Of a DNA stretch of 64,000 nt, positions 19,382-29,376 are shown in pieces. How positions within the stretch are numbered: the stretch's first letter is position 1; every line of letters begins with the position of its first letter. The position numbers and the translations under genes are program-made. Location of the stretch: contig JBBDRK010000049.1 of the NCBI GenBank assembly GCA_040905465.1, positions 96,001 to 160,000 on the forward strand. Direction: 5' to 3'. Source of the stretch: Trueperaceae bacterium (GTDB taxonomy: Bacteria; Deinococcota; Deinococci; Deinococcales; Trueperaceae). The notes beneath the pieces were generated by a model, which saw only the letters and a program-made list of their open reading frames with translations, searched no databases and was not told the origin of the DNA.

Positions 19382-20146
19382 ATGTCCATGAGTATCAGCC
19401 GAGACAACCCCCTCCCTCTTTACCATCAGCTGCGCGAACTCTTTCTAGCCGAGATTTCGAACGGCCGTTGGCAGGTTGGTGGAGTGATACCCTCCGAGAT
19501 TCAGTTGGCGAAGGGGTTCGGGGTTAGCCGCGCTACTGTGCGTCAAGCCCTGCTCGAGTTGGTACAGACCAACCACCTGCGCCGGATCCAGGGCAAGGGC
19601 ACGATAGTGACCGAACCGAAGGTCGAACCGCTGGGCGCCCTGACGAGCTTCACGGAAAACATGAAAGCAGCGGGTATCACTCCCACTCGAACAACATTCT
19701 TCGCCGAATGGAGACGCCCGCCTCCGGCGATCGCTAAAGCCTTGCCCAGCAGCAAGAACCGTGCCTATTATGTCGAGCGGCTGCTGATAGCCGAGAGCAT
19801 TCCCCTCGGCTTGCAGCGCGCCTGGTATCCCGACTGGCTCATATCCGGCAATGAGAGTTACTTTTCCCGCAAGAGCCTGGACAAAAACTCCCTGTACGAA
19901 CTCCTCCAGATTCACTGCGGCATAACCCTCGACACGGCAGAGGAAACGATCGACGTTCTCATGCCCGCCGCGAACGACGCCAAGCTCCTCGACCTCGCTC
20001 CCGACCAGCCGATCATGCTCATTCAGCGCGACACTTTCGACCCCAGCGACAGACTGATCGAATCGGTCGAGTTGCTGTTCCGCTCCGACCGGTATCGATA
20101 TCGCGTGATCCTGTCGCGATCACAACGAACGGGAGGTGGCCGCTGA
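19382..20146 (+). CDS. GntR family regulator, HutC/UTRA subfamily
   Basis: PLYHQL, IPSE..LA..FGVSRATVRQAL, QGKGT, SFTE, SLYELL and FRSDRY. Confidence 0.93.
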   Translation: MSMSISRDNPLPLYHQLRELFLAEISNGRWQVGGVIPSEIQLAKGFGVSRATVRQALLELVQTNHLRRIQGKGTIVTEPKVEPLGALTSFTENMKAAGITPTRTTFFAEWRRPPPAIAKALPSSKNRAYYVERLLIAESIPLGLQRAWYPDWLISGNESYFSRKSLDKNSLYELLQIHCGITLDTAEETIDVLMPAANDAKLLDLAPDQPIMLIQRDTFDPSDRLIESVELLFRSDRYRYRVILSRSQRTGGGR

Positions 20147-20188
20147 CATCGAAGTCGACCCCGCCGTCCATACCCCGACCACCGTTCT

Positions 20189-21298
20189 ATGAAAACGAGG
20201 GACAAGATGAAAAGACTCGCTGTTCTCGCATTCGTCCTCTTCTGTTTCGTGGGGCTGGCCCAGCAACGCGAGCCGATAACCCGGATGACCTGCGAGGAGC
20301 TCCTCGACTTCTACGACCAGCTCCCCTTCACCGATATCCTCCCCCTTCCCGAAGGTCCGATCGCAATCGACGGTGAGGAGCGGGACATCACCATCGGCTT
20401 CTCGCAGACGGGATTCAATCATCCGTGGCGGGTCTCGATGCTCCAGGCGCTGCAAGCCGAGGCGTGCCGCCATCCGAACGTTGAACTAATCGTGCTCGAC
20501 GGTAACGTCGACATCGCCAAGCAGAACAACGACGTGCGCGATCTCCTAGCGCGGGGTGTCGATGGCGTAATCATGAGTCCGGTGGAGTCTGCGGGCCTGG
20601 TGCCCGCCTCTCGCGAGGTGTTGCGGCAAGGGCTGCCTCTGGTCGTGCTCGACCGCGACGTTCCCACCGACAAGACCCTGTTCATCGGGCAGAGCAACGT
20701 GACGATGGCAGAACAGGTTGCCCAGCGCATGGTCGAAGACTTAGGCGGCACAGGAAAGATAGTCGCCATCACCGGACTGCTCGGGTCTTCTCCCGCCGTT
20801 GACCGCAATCAGGGAATGCTCAACGTAATCGCCGATCACCCCGGCATCGAGGTTCTGGTTACCGGCGACGGCGAGTGGATCCGCGAACCGGCTGTTCGCT
20901 TGATGGACGACTGGCTTACCGCCTACCCCGAAATCGACGCGGTCTTCTCCCATGCCGAGGAGTCCTCGTGGGGCGCGCAACTCGCAATAGCGCGAGCAGG
21001 CCGCTGCGACGACGACATCAAGCATTACACCTTCGACGGCTCCAACGCTGGTTTCAAGTCGGTGGGAGTCGAAACCTTCCAGGCCGACGGAAACTACACT
21101 CCATTCATCGCCGACATCGGACTCCGGGCCGTGCTCTACGAACTAACCGGCATGGAGATCCCAGACAAGCAGGAGTACGAACTCCCCGGCTGGCTTCTTC
21201 GCCTGCCCGATTCTCCCACCGTGGTCCCGGAAAACGCCGAAGAGTGGATCGGGCGTGGTTGGGGCGAATTCGAGCCGCCGTCCGACCCCTGTCAATAG
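20189..21298 (+). CDS. Monosaccharide ABC transporter substrate-binding protein (RbsB-like)
   Basis: Signal peptide; IGFSQ...NHPWR, PLVVLDR, SSPAVDR and G.W motifs. The start could be ATG 20207. Confidence 0.88.
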   Translation: MKTRDKMKRLAVLAFVLFCFVGLAQQREPITRMTCEELLDFYDQLPFTDILPLPEGPIAIDGEERDITIGFSQTGFNHPWRVSMLQALQAEACRHPNVELIVLDGNVDIAKQNNDVRDLLARGVDGVIMSPVESAGLVPASREVLRQGLPLVVLDRDVPTDKTLFIGQSNVTMAEQVAQRMVEDLGGTGKIVAITGLLGSSPAVDRNQGMLNVIADHPGIEVLVTGDGEWIREPAVRLMDDWLTAYPEIDAVFSHAEESSWGAQLAIARAGRCDDDIKHYTFDGSNAGFKSVGVETFQADGNYTPFIADIGLRAVLYELTGMEIPDKQEYELPGWLLRLPDSPTVVPENAEEWIGRGWGEFEPPSDPCQ

Positions 21299-21357
21299 GT
21301 GAAGCTAATGGGTTCCGGTACAGGAACCCACCCGGCTACCGTTCGAACGGTTGAGAG

Positions 21358-22881
21358 GTGAGGCTTGTGTCGAGCGAAGACCGCAAACCCACCCACCTGC
21401 AGGCGCGCGGCGTCAGCAAATCGTTCGAAGGCAATACCGTCCTCAGGGAAGTGGATCTCGCCGTAGCAAGCGGCGAGATCCACGCGGTCGTGGGCGAGAA
21501 CGGCGCAGGCAAGTCCACGCTTATGAAGATCCTCGGAGGAGTGTACGCACCAGACTCCGGCAACCTCGCCATCGCCAACCAGCCGTACCGACCGCGTTCA
21601 CCCAAGGACGCGATCGATCACGGCCTGGTGGTCATCCACCAGGAATTCTCCCTGACCCCCCACTTGTCTGCCGAGGAAAATATCTTTCTGGGACACTACC
21701 CGGTTACACGTTACGGAACTGTGGATCGCCGGGCGATGCGGGAGCGCACTCTGCAACTGCTCGAGCGGCTCTCGATCCGAATCGATCCGGGAACCCCCGT
21801 GACCAGCCTGAGTGTCGCTCAACAGCAGATGGTCGAGATCGCCAAAGCGCTCTCCCTAGACGCTCGCGCGCTCATCCTCGACGAGCCGACCGCGGTACTG
21901 GACGAGGAGAACGTCGAGGTGTTGTTTCGGGTTCTGCGTCGCCTGCGGGAGGAGGGCTTGGCGATCGTGTACATCTCCCACCACCTCGAAGAGATCTTCG
22001 AGATCGCCGACAAGGTCACCGTCCTCAGGGACGGTGCCAAGACGGGTTCAGCGGACGTGAACGAAATCGATCACGACTGGCTTGTTGCACGCATGATCGG
22101 CCGCGGATTTCCGGATCACCGCAGCCAGTCCAGGAAGCATGGCGAGGTCGCTCTGGAGGTGTCCGGCCTCACCCGAAAGGGTAAATTCGAGGACATCTCG
22201 TTTTTCGTCCGTCGAGGTGAGATAGTCGCACTCGCTGGACTGGTGGGCGCAGGGAGGAGCGAAATAGCTCAGGCTATCTTTGGGCTGCATCGCCCCGATG
22301 CTGGCACGATGCGCGTCTTCGGGCGGGTGCGGCGGATACGCAATCCAGGCGCCGCAACCAGGCTCGGCATCGCGTACACCCCGGAGGACCGCAAAAGTCA
22401 CGGGTTGTTTCTCAACCGTCCAACATCAGAGAACATCACCATGTCGGTCCTGAAGCGCTTCTACCGCTTTCCGATCATGAGGCTGAGACATGAACGGGCG
22501 TTCGTGGAGAGGATGGTCGCTTCGTTGGACGTCCGCCTGCCCGGACTGGGCGCGGAGGTGCGCAACCTCAGCGGCGGCAACCAACAAAAGGTCCTGCTCG
22601 CCCGGTCCTTGGCGGCGGAACCTAAAATACTGCTGCTCGACGAGCCCACGCGTGGCGTGGACATCGGTGCCAAGCAGGAGATTTATGACTTCATAGAGCA
22701 GCTCGTTGGCCAAGGCATGGCAATAGTCCTCATCTCATCCGAGATGGAGGAAATCCTGCGGCTCGCGGACCGGATCATCGTGCTGAGGCGTGGCCGCATC
22801 GCCAGGACTATGGACCGAACCGAGGCCAGCGAGGACGCCATGATGAAGGCGGCAGCGCTATCTCAAGCGACACCGGCGTGA
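21358..22881 (+). CDS. Monosaccharide ABC transporter ATP-binding protein (tandem NBD, RbsA-like)
   Basis: GENGAGKST, LILDEPT, EDRK, LSGGNQQK and DEPTRGVDIGAK. Confidence 0.96.
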   Translation: MRLVSSEDRKPTHLQARGVSKSFEGNTVLREVDLAVASGEIHAVVGENGAGKSTLMKILGGVYAPDSGNLAIANQPYRPRSPKDAIDHGLVVIHQEFSLTPHLSAEENIFLGHYPVTRYGTVDRRAMRERTLQLLERLSIRIDPGTPVTSLSVAQQQMVEIAKALSLDARALILDEPTAVLDEENVEVLFRVLRRLREEGLAIVYISHHLEEIFEIADKVTVLRDGAKTGSADVNEIDHDWLVARMIGRGFPDHRSQSRKHGEVALEVSGLTRKGKFEDISFFVRRGEIVALAGLVGAGRSEIAQAIFGLHRPDAGTMRVFGRVRRIRNPGAATRLGIAYTPEDRKSHGLFLNRPTSENITMSVLKRFYRFPIMRLRHERAFVERMVASLDVRLPGLGAEVRNLSGGNQQKVLLARSLAAEPKILLLDEPTRGVDIGAKQEIYDFIEQLVGQGMAIVLISSEMEEILRLADRIIVLRRGRIARTMDRTEASEDAMMKAAALSQATPA

Positions 22882-22891
22882 AGGAGAACTG

Positions 22892-23860
22892 ATGGCACAG
22901 AGCGCCACAATGACTCGGTCTGGGATCGGAATCGCCGCTTTGCGGGGTGTAAGACAGCAACTAGGCATCATCCTCGCCCTGGTCCTGCTGTTGATCGTGT
23001 CGTCGCTGCTCAACGATCGCTTTCTCACCGTTCCCAACCTCCTCAATGTACTCCGCCAGGTTGCGATAGTGGGAATCCTCGCCATCGGCCAGACCTACGT
23101 GATCCTCACCAAGGGTATCGACCTTTCCGTTGGCTCGATCCTTGGGTTATCGGTAGTGCTATTCGCCGGCCTGATCGAAGGCCAGGCTTTAGCCGTTGCG
23201 ATCCCGCTCGGGCTGGCCGCTGGTGTCGTGATGGGTGCCCTGAACGGTCTCGGCGTAGCCTTCGCCCGGATCCCAGCTTTCATCATGACGCTCGGAATGC
23301 TCTCGTTCGCCCGCGGTCTCGCCTTCATTTATACTGGCGGTACGCCGATCCCCATCCTCAACGAGACCTACTATTACATTGGCAACGGCCGTATCTTCGG
23401 CCTCCCGATCCCCGCAATCATCCTGTTAGCCACCCTGGTGGTAGCCGCGCTGAGTCTCCGAGTCACCCCATTCGGACGATGCGTTTACGGTATCGGCTCG
23501 AACGAGGACGCCGCCCGCCTCTCGGGCGTGCCCGTACGCCGCTACACCTTGGCGGTCTACGTAATCTCCGGCCTTTGCGCGGCAATCGCCGGGCTGGTGT
23601 ACTCCTCGCAACTCGGTGTCGGCACGCCGATCGCAGGTCAGGCGTATGAACTGGACTCGATCGCTGCGGTAGTAGTAGGCGGTACCTCGCTGTTCGGCGG
23701 GAAAGGCTCGGTGATCGGCACCTTCATTGGTACCCTCATAATCGGGGTACTTGCCAACATCCTCAACCTCACGGGCGTAGACCCGTTCGTACAGCAGCTC
23801 TTCAAGGGGGCCCTTATCGTCGTCGCCGTCTACATAATGAGCCGCTCCGGCCAAAGCTGA
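22892..23860 (+). CDS. Monosaccharide ABC transporter permease (RbsC-like)
   Basis: GIDLSVGS, PAFIMTLG, GSNE.AARLSG and YELDSIAAVVVGGTSL.GG.G. Confidence 0.95.
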   Translation: MAQSATMTRSGIGIAALRGVRQQLGIILALVLLLIVSSLLNDRFLTVPNLLNVLRQVAIVGILAIGQTYVILTKGIDLSVGSILGLSVVLFAGLIEGQALAVAIPLGLAAGVVMGALNGLGVAFARIPAFIMTLGMLSFARGLAFIYTGGTPIPILNETYYYIGNGRIFGLPIPAIILLATLVVAALSLRVTPFGRCVYGIGSNEDAARLSGVPVRRYTLAVYVISGLCAAIAGLVYSSQLGVGTPIAGQAYELDSIAAVVVGGTSLFGGKGSVIGTFIGTLIIGVLANILNLTGVDPFVQQLFKGALIVVAVYIMSRSGQS

Positions 23861-23878
23861 GGCTCGGATGAGTTCTGT

Positions 23879-25066
23879 ATGTTGAATCTGGACATAGGCG
23901 TTGCACTAAACAGCGAAGTCGAACGTCTCCGTCCACTCGTCGATGAGCACATTACGCTGGCTCGAGTTCGCAAATACCTGCGAGCTCTTGCCGACGTGCC
24001 GGCGCCATCCACCGCCGCTTCGGCGCTCCGTTCGCCGATCCTCAAGGAGCTGCTGACTAGAGACCTAGCACTGCCGGATCCGCGACTGCATTACATCGAC
24101 AACTTCGAGCTTACCGGAAACACGGTGATACTCACCGGCTCCGACTCGTCGGCGAAACCGCTCTGGTACTTCACCCACCTGGACACCATCAGCTACCTAA
24201 TGCAGACCCGCCGAGGAGACCGATATCCGCTCGTTCCATTCGGGCAGCACCTGGTCCGCAAGGGAGAAAGGGACGCTCTTGTCTACCGCTTCGACCTTGA
24301 AGCATGCCGCTATCGAGTGGTCGCGAGGGGGATCATCGGGACAGAGGAGGAGGACCCGTATCTCCGCTGCGAAGACGATGAGATCGAGCTCAGACCCGGC
24401 GACAGGGTCGTCCTCGCGAGCGAGTACCGCGAGGATCCTAAAACGGGCGAGGTGATTGCGCACCTCGACAACGCCGGGGCCGTCGCCGCCCTTGCAGTGG
24501 CCGCGCCCGTGCTGGCCCGGGCCAACATCGACGCGCTCCTGGCCTTCCCCGACGAGGAGGAGGGCCCTCACGGATCGGGCAACCAGATAATCGGCAGAGG
24601 GGGAAGCCGGATAGTGAGCCTCCTCCAACCTCCCGAAATCGCAATCGTCGCGGATGTTCAGCAGTCGGGAGGCAGCGAGCAGGCCGATACCCGCGGTGGC
24701 GCAGAGAACTCCACCCGTCTCGGATCAGGCGCCGTACTCGCCGAGTTCGCCAGTCTCGGCCGCGGAGCGGTTACACCGCCACATCTCTACGCACTGGCGA
24801 GTCGGCACGCCGCCAGCTTGGTGGATGTCGGGGTCCTCGTGCAGGAGTCCAACAACGCCTACACCTCGCGCAGTGACGACGTAAGCGTGATGCTGCGAAC
24901 CCCAAACGTGTTATTGCTGGGCTTCCCGGGCTTCAACCGTCACTTTGATATGGGTCAGCCCAAGGCTAACCTTCACGATCTGGTTCACCTGGCCAAATCG
25001 TACGTGTACTTCTCGGCACTCCAACCCGCCCTCCGCGATATCCTGGCCGAGTTGGCCGGCGGCTGA
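23879..25066 (+). CDS. Divergent M42/M28-like dimetal hydrolase (SgcX/FrvX-like)
   Basis: Candidate ligands in M42 order: THLDT, HLDN, DEEEG, ADV, SRSDD and NRH. Confidence 0.6.
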   Translation: MLNLDIGVALNSEVERLRPLVDEHITLARVRKYLRALADVPAPSTAASALRSPILKELLTRDLALPDPRLHYIDNFELTGNTVILTGSDSSAKPLWYFTHLDTISYLMQTRRGDRYPLVPFGQHLVRKGERDALVYRFDLEACRYRVVARGIIGTEEEDPYLRCEDDEIELRPGDRVVLASEYREDPKTGEVIAHLDNAGAVAALAVAAPVLARANIDALLAFPDEEEGPHGSGNQIIGRGGSRIVSLLQPPEIAIVADVQQSGGSEQADTRGGAENSTRLGSGAVLAEFASLGRGAVTPPHLYALASRHAASLVDVGVLVQESNNAYTSRSDDVSVMLRTPNVLLLGFPGFNRHFDMGQPKANLHDLVHLAKSYVYFSALQPALRDILAELAGG

Positions 25067-25069
25067 GCC

Positions 25070-25993
25070 GTGCCTGAACTGGTCACCAGCGGCTGGCTCA
25101 CCATCGATGATGTCGTCCTCCCGGACGGCAGCTACACGCAGAAGGTGCTGGGCGGTGGCGCGCTCTACTCGGCGGTGGGAGCCGCAATCTGGAACGAGGA
25201 CGTCGGGGTGCACTCCGTGACCGGGAAGAAGTACCTCGCGGCGGCGAAACGTGAGATTGGTCGGGCGGGCCTGGATGCGGCCGGTTTAAACGGGATTGTC
25301 GGCAACGGGCTAGAGCTTTGGCTGCTACACGAGAGCGAGTCGGAGAAGCAGCAGGTCCCAAAGTTGACGTCGTCGACGGCAGACGAGATGGACCAAGGAC
25401 GAGCCGAACTGCCAGAGCCGTACCTTCGGGCCCGCGGATTCCACATCGCCCCGCAGACTCCCGACGGCTCCTTCCCGACTCTGAAGGTCCTCGCCGCCAT
25501 CGCTAACCGGCCTGTGATCACTCTCGATATCCTCGTCGACCCTTACGTGGATGTCTCCCGCTACGCCGATCTTGGCTTCCTCGAAAAGGTCACCGCATTC
25601 CTGCCCAGCCGAGAGGAAGTCGCCCGCCTCTGGCGACCGGCCAGCCTTACGGAGTGGCTCCGGACGAACACCGACCGTCACGGGCGCATTTTGGCAATCA
25701 AGATGGGAAGTGAAGGTTCCCTTGTTTGCGCCGGGAAGGACGCACCGATTCATCGCGTTCCTGCGCTTCCGGTGAGCGCCCGCGACACTACCGGGGCCGG
25801 GGACGCTTTCTGCGGCGGCTTCCTCGCCGGCCTGGTGGAGCACCGTCCGGTTCCGGAATGCGCAGCGATGGCCACCGTTTCGGCCTCCTACGTCGTAGAG
25901 GCTAGGGGCGCCCTTGCTACCGTTTTCCCCGACCCGAAAGAGCGCGGCGAGCGTCTCAAGCAGGTGTTGAAGAGGATCAGCATACATGGATGA
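25070..25993 (+). CDS. PfkB family carbohydrate kinase
   Basis: TIDD..., GGGALYSA, IKMGSEGS and DTTGAGDAFCGGF. Confidence 0.92.
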   Translation: MPELVTSGWLTIDDVVLPDGSYTQKVLGGGALYSAVGAAIWNEDVGVHSVTGKKYLAAAKREIGRAGLDAAGLNGIVGNGLELWLLHESESEKQQVPKLTSSTADEMDQGRAELPEPYLRARGFHIAPQTPDGSFPTLKVLAAIANRPVITLDILVDPYVDVSRYADLGFLEKVTAFLPSREEVARLWRPASLTEWLRTNTDRHGRILAIKMGSEGSLVCAGKDAPIHRVPALPVSARDTTGAGDAFCGGFLAGLVEHRPVPECAAMATVSASYVVEARGALATVFPDPKERGERLKQVLKRISIHG

Positions 25994-26789
25994 CAATCTG
26001 TCCAGCCTGTTCGTCTTCGATGTCGACGGCACGCTCCTCGACAGCGGGCTGCGGATTCTGCCGAGCACCAGGGCGTGCGTGCAGCAGCTCCTCCGAGCGG
26101 GGCATCGAATCGCGCTGGCCAGCGCCCGGCCGCCCAGGAGCGTCATGCAGCTCTCACAACAACTCCTGGGCACTGTGACCGAGATCATCTCGCTCAACGG
26201 AGCCTTCGTAACTCACGAGCGGGAGGTCCTCCTCGAGCGAACGATCCCGGCGATGGCCGTCACCGCATTAATTCGCAAGGGGCGCGAGTTTGGCATTGAG
26301 ACGAACCTGCTGGCAGGCTGGGAGTGGCTGGTGGAGGAGCGCGGACCGGGCGTGGAGGCCGAGACTGGCATCGTCGGCTTTGAACCGACCGTCGTCGCCG
26401 ACCTGGAACGGTGGTCGGGCCAGAGCGTGCACAAGGTCTTGCTGATAGGCGAGCACGACAAGGTCGCAGCGCTGCGGGAGTGGGCGCTCAAGAGTGCAAT
26501 GGGAATCGACGCCTCGCTGTCCAAGGAAACGTATTGCGAGGTGGTCGCCGATGGTACATCGAAGGCCGGGGCCGTGTTGTTCCTTGCCGAGAAACTTGCG
26601 ATCCCGCGCGAGCGCTTGATCACCTTTGGCGACGGCGAAAACGACCTGCCTATGATCGAAGCGGCGGGTGTGGGAGTCGCCATGGGCAACGCCATGGAGG
26701 CGGTAAAGGTGGCTGCAGGAGTGGTGACGGAAAGCAATGACGAAGACGGCATCGCCAATGCTCTGCGGCGCCTTGGATTCATCGAGTAA
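25986..26789 (+). CDS. Cof-type HAD-IIB phosphatase
   Basis: FDVDGTLL, LASAR, SLNGA, SKA and FGDGENDLPM...G.GVAMGNA. Confidence 0.93.
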   Translation: MDDNLSSLFVFDVDGTLLDSGLRILPSTRACVQQLLRAGHRIALASARPPRSVMQLSQQLLGTVTEIISLNGAFVTHEREVLLERTIPAMAVTALIRKGREFGIETNLLAGWEWLVEERGPGVEAETGIVGFEPTVVADLERWSGQSVHKVLLIGEHDKVAALREWALKSAMGIDASLSKETYCEVVADGTSKAGAVLFLAEKLAIPRERLITFGDGENDLPMIEAAGVGVAMGNAMEAVKVAAGVVTESNDEDGIANALRRLGFIE

Positions 26790-26815
26790 CAACTGAAAGT
26801 CGAGTGGAGGCAAGG

Positions 26816-27667
26816 ATGCCCGTTGCGCCTGAGAAGAGAAACAGCCTGAACGAAATCTTCGGCTCTGTTAAGCCGCTGATAGGGAACGTCCACTGCTTGC
26901 CTCTGCCGGGGGCGCCCAAATACCGGAATGAGCAGATGCACGAGCTCATCGAAAGGGCGATTGCGGACGCCAGGAACTACGCCATGGGCGGTATGGACGG
27001 CCTGCTGATCGAGAACCATGGCGATATCCCGTTCGTACAGCCCCACGAGATCGGCCACGAGACGGTCGCCGCTCTGACGGTGATCGCCAAAGCGGTCGGC
27101 GAGGAAACCGGCTTGCCATTCGGCATCAGCCTCCTGGCGAACTGTTCGATCGGCGCCCTGGCGGTCGCGAAGGCAAGCGGCGCGCGTTTCATTAGAGTGA
27201 ATCAATGGGTGAACGCCTATGTTAGCAATGAGGGGCTGATCCAGGGGGAGAGCGGCAAGGCTCTTCGCTACCGCAGGTCGATCGGAGCCGAAAACGTGGC
27301 TATATTTGCCGATGTGCACGTCAAACACGGGGCACACGCGATAGTTGCCGACCGGCCCGTGAGCGAACAGGCGAGCGACGTCGAGTTCTACGAAGCCGAC
27401 GTGGCGATCGCGACAGGCAACCGGACCGGCGACGCGGTGCCCGACAGCGAGATCGAGGAGATTCGCAGTGGCACGCGCCTGCCCATCATCGCCGGCAGCG
27501 GGGTCACCGTCGCCAACGCTTCGCAGGTGCTCGCACGAACCGACGGTGCGATAATCGGCTCGAGCCTGAAGCGGGATGGAATGTGGTGGAACGAGGTCGA
27601 GTTGAGCAGAGTGAAGGCATTGGTTGCAACGGTCCACGAGGTTCGCGGCAGAGCCGCAAAGCGTTGA
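26816..27667 (+). CDS. BtpA/SgcQ family TIM-barrel protein
   Basis: IG.VH..PLPG.P, DGLLIENHGDIPF, FIRVN, FADVHVKH, TG..TG, GSGVT and IGSSLK.DG. Confidence 0.9.
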   Translation: MPVAPEKRNSLNEIFGSVKPLIGNVHCLPLPGAPKYRNEQMHELIERAIADARNYAMGGMDGLLIENHGDIPFVQPHEIGHETVAALTVIAKAVGEETGLPFGISLLANCSIGALAVAKASGARFIRVNQWVNAYVSNEGLIQGESGKALRYRRSIGAENVAIFADVHVKHGAHAIVADRPVSEQASDVEFYEADVAIATGNRTGDAVPDSEIEEIRSGTRLPIIAGSGVTVANASQVLARTDGAIIGSSLKRDGMWWNEVELSRVKALVATVHEVRGRAAKR

Positions 27668-27716
27668 CCGACGGTTTACCATTTCGCCACTTGGCCGTGC
27701 TACAATGCCACTTGAC

Positions 27717-28169
27717 ATGGCAGACGCCATCCCGAACCTTTACCGTGCACAAGCGCCCGCTCCGACTCCATTCGGCGAGAACATCGGCCTTTGCGAGACC
27801 GACGTGCACGGACTCATCGGCGCGCTCAAGCGGGGGCTGCCGGTAGCGGCGTTCGATAAACTGCGCGGCACGCTCGAGATGACAAGGGTGGAGTTGGCAA
27901 CCGTTATCGGCATCAGCGAACGCACACTGGCTCGGCGACTCAAGGCTGGGCGATTCAACTCCGACGAGAGCGAGCGCATCTACCGGATGGCTCGGCTGCT
28001 GGCGATGGCCACTGACGTACTCGAGTCAGGCAAGGAGGCGTCGGTCTGGCTGAAAACTCCCAAACGCTACTTGAAGGGGACGGCGCCGCTCTCTTACGCC
28101 GACACGGAGGTAGGCGCGCAGGCGGTCGAGCGGCTACTGGGCAGAATCGAGCACGGCGTCTTCAGTTGA
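27717..28169 (+). CDS. Type II TA antitoxin, Xre/MbcA/ParS family
   Basis: HTH LATVIGISERTLARR, ESERIYR, WL..P..L.G..PL and C-terminal LLGRIEHGVFS; extended -10 TGcTACAAT at 27698-27706. Alternative start at 27705. Confidence 0.9.
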   Translation: MADAIPNLYRAQAPAPTPFGENIGLCETDVHGLIGALKRGLPVAAFDKLRGTLEMTRVELATVIGISERTLARRLKAGRFNSDESERIYRMARLLAMATDVLESGKEASVWLKTPKRYLKGTAPLSYADTEVGAQAVERLLGRIEHGVFS

Positions 28170-28209
28170 CCGTCACCATCGCCGACTCTCACCACGTCAT
28201 CATCTCGCG

Positions 28210-28671
28210 TTGATCCTGACGGCCTACCGCCTCATCAAAGCCAAGTACGCGGACACCGCCTTCAGCGGCGAAGGCTCCCGGCTCAATGGTGGCCGCTGGA
28301 GCCCGCCCGGACTCCCGGTCGTCTATCTGGCCGGCTCGCTGCCGCTGGCGGTGCTCGAAATCCTGGTTCACCTGGAACGGCCAACAGTTCTCGGTAGCTA
28401 CGTCTTCTTCGAGGTCAGCTTTTCGGAAGAAACGGTGCTCGCGCTCGACGATGACGACCTGCCCGAAGGCTGGCGCTCGGACCCGGAACCTCTCGCGACC
28501 GCCACCATAGGTGCAAACTGGATCTCAGGGCAAGCTTCGCTGCTGTTGCGGGTTCCCAGCGCGGTCGTACCGCAGAACCACAACTACCTGCTTAATCCGG
28601 CTCATCCCGACATCACTCGGGCCGAGATCGCCGGACCGTTTCCGTTCGATGTGGACCACCGGCTCGGATAG
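28210..28671 (+). CDS. Type II TA toxin, RES domain (NAD+-consuming family)
   Basis: YR, FSGEG...GGRW, VY, LE.LVH, VPS.V and NYLLNP.HP. Confidence 0.92.
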   Translation: MILTAYRLIKAKYADTAFSGEGSRLNGGRWSPPGLPVVYLAGSLPLAVLEILVHLERPTVLGSYVFFEVSFSEETVLALDDDDLPEGWRSDPEPLATATIGANWISGQASLLLRVPSAVVPQNHNYLLNPAHPDITRAEIAGPFPFDVDHRLG

Positions 28672-28701
28672 CAGGTCTGGCAGCGTCCGAAGTCGTGATC
28701 G

Positions 28702-29376
28702 CTAGCGACCAACCACCAGAACCTCGAGGTTACGCGGCCCATGGACACCCTCCACACGCTGCAACTCGATGTCCGACGTCGCCGAGGGACCGCTGATGAA
28801 GGTGAGCGCCCGGCCACCAGCTACCGCCTCCCGCAGGCTCCGTACCGCCTCCGGCACCGAGCCGAGGATCTGCTCGTCCCGCACGATGCACAGGTGGTAG
28901 TCGGGGATCAACGACAATGCGCGGCGGCCCTGACCGGGGCCGCCGTCCAGCACTATCGTTCCGGTGGGAGCGATCGCAAGTGCACAGGTCGTGATCACTC
29001 CGTCGACAGACGCCAGGGTCTCCAGGTCGACGGAGTCCCCCAACAGTTCGGGGCCGGCTGGTCGCCAGGCCTCCGGGAAGCCGGCGGGAACCAGCAACCG
29101 CGTGAAACGCCGGTCGGCGCAAGCAGTTGCGGCGATCTCGGCGATCTCGGTCTCCTCGACCACCCGAACGCCGGCGCGGTACTCGCCGACCATCTCGACG
29201 AATTGGGCCACCCGGACTTCCGTCGCCCGTTCGTCCCGCATCAGATAGGAACGCTCCACGGGCTCGCCAAGGTCGTCTGCGCTGCCGGCACCTCTGCCCG
29301 CCCCGGCGCCGGCGCCACCGCCTGTGCCCGCCAGTGCCGACCGGATCCTTGCCAGCATCGCCTCCCTGGTACTCAC
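28702..29376 (-). CDS. lutC: Lactate utilization protein C (LUD domain)
   Basis: [12 protein letters not shown] and [22 protein letters not shown]. Confidence 0.92.
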   Translation of the reverse strand: MSTREAMLARIRSALAGTGGGAGAGAGRGAGSADDLGEPVERSYLMRDERATEVRVAQFVEMVGEYRAGVRVVEETEIAEIAATACADRRFTRLLVPAGFPEAWRPAGPELLGDSVDLETLASVDGVITTCALAIAPTGTIVLDGGPGQGRRALSLIPDYHLCIVRDEQILGSVPEAVRSLREAVAGGRALTFISGPSATSDIELQRVEGVHGPRNLEVLVVGR

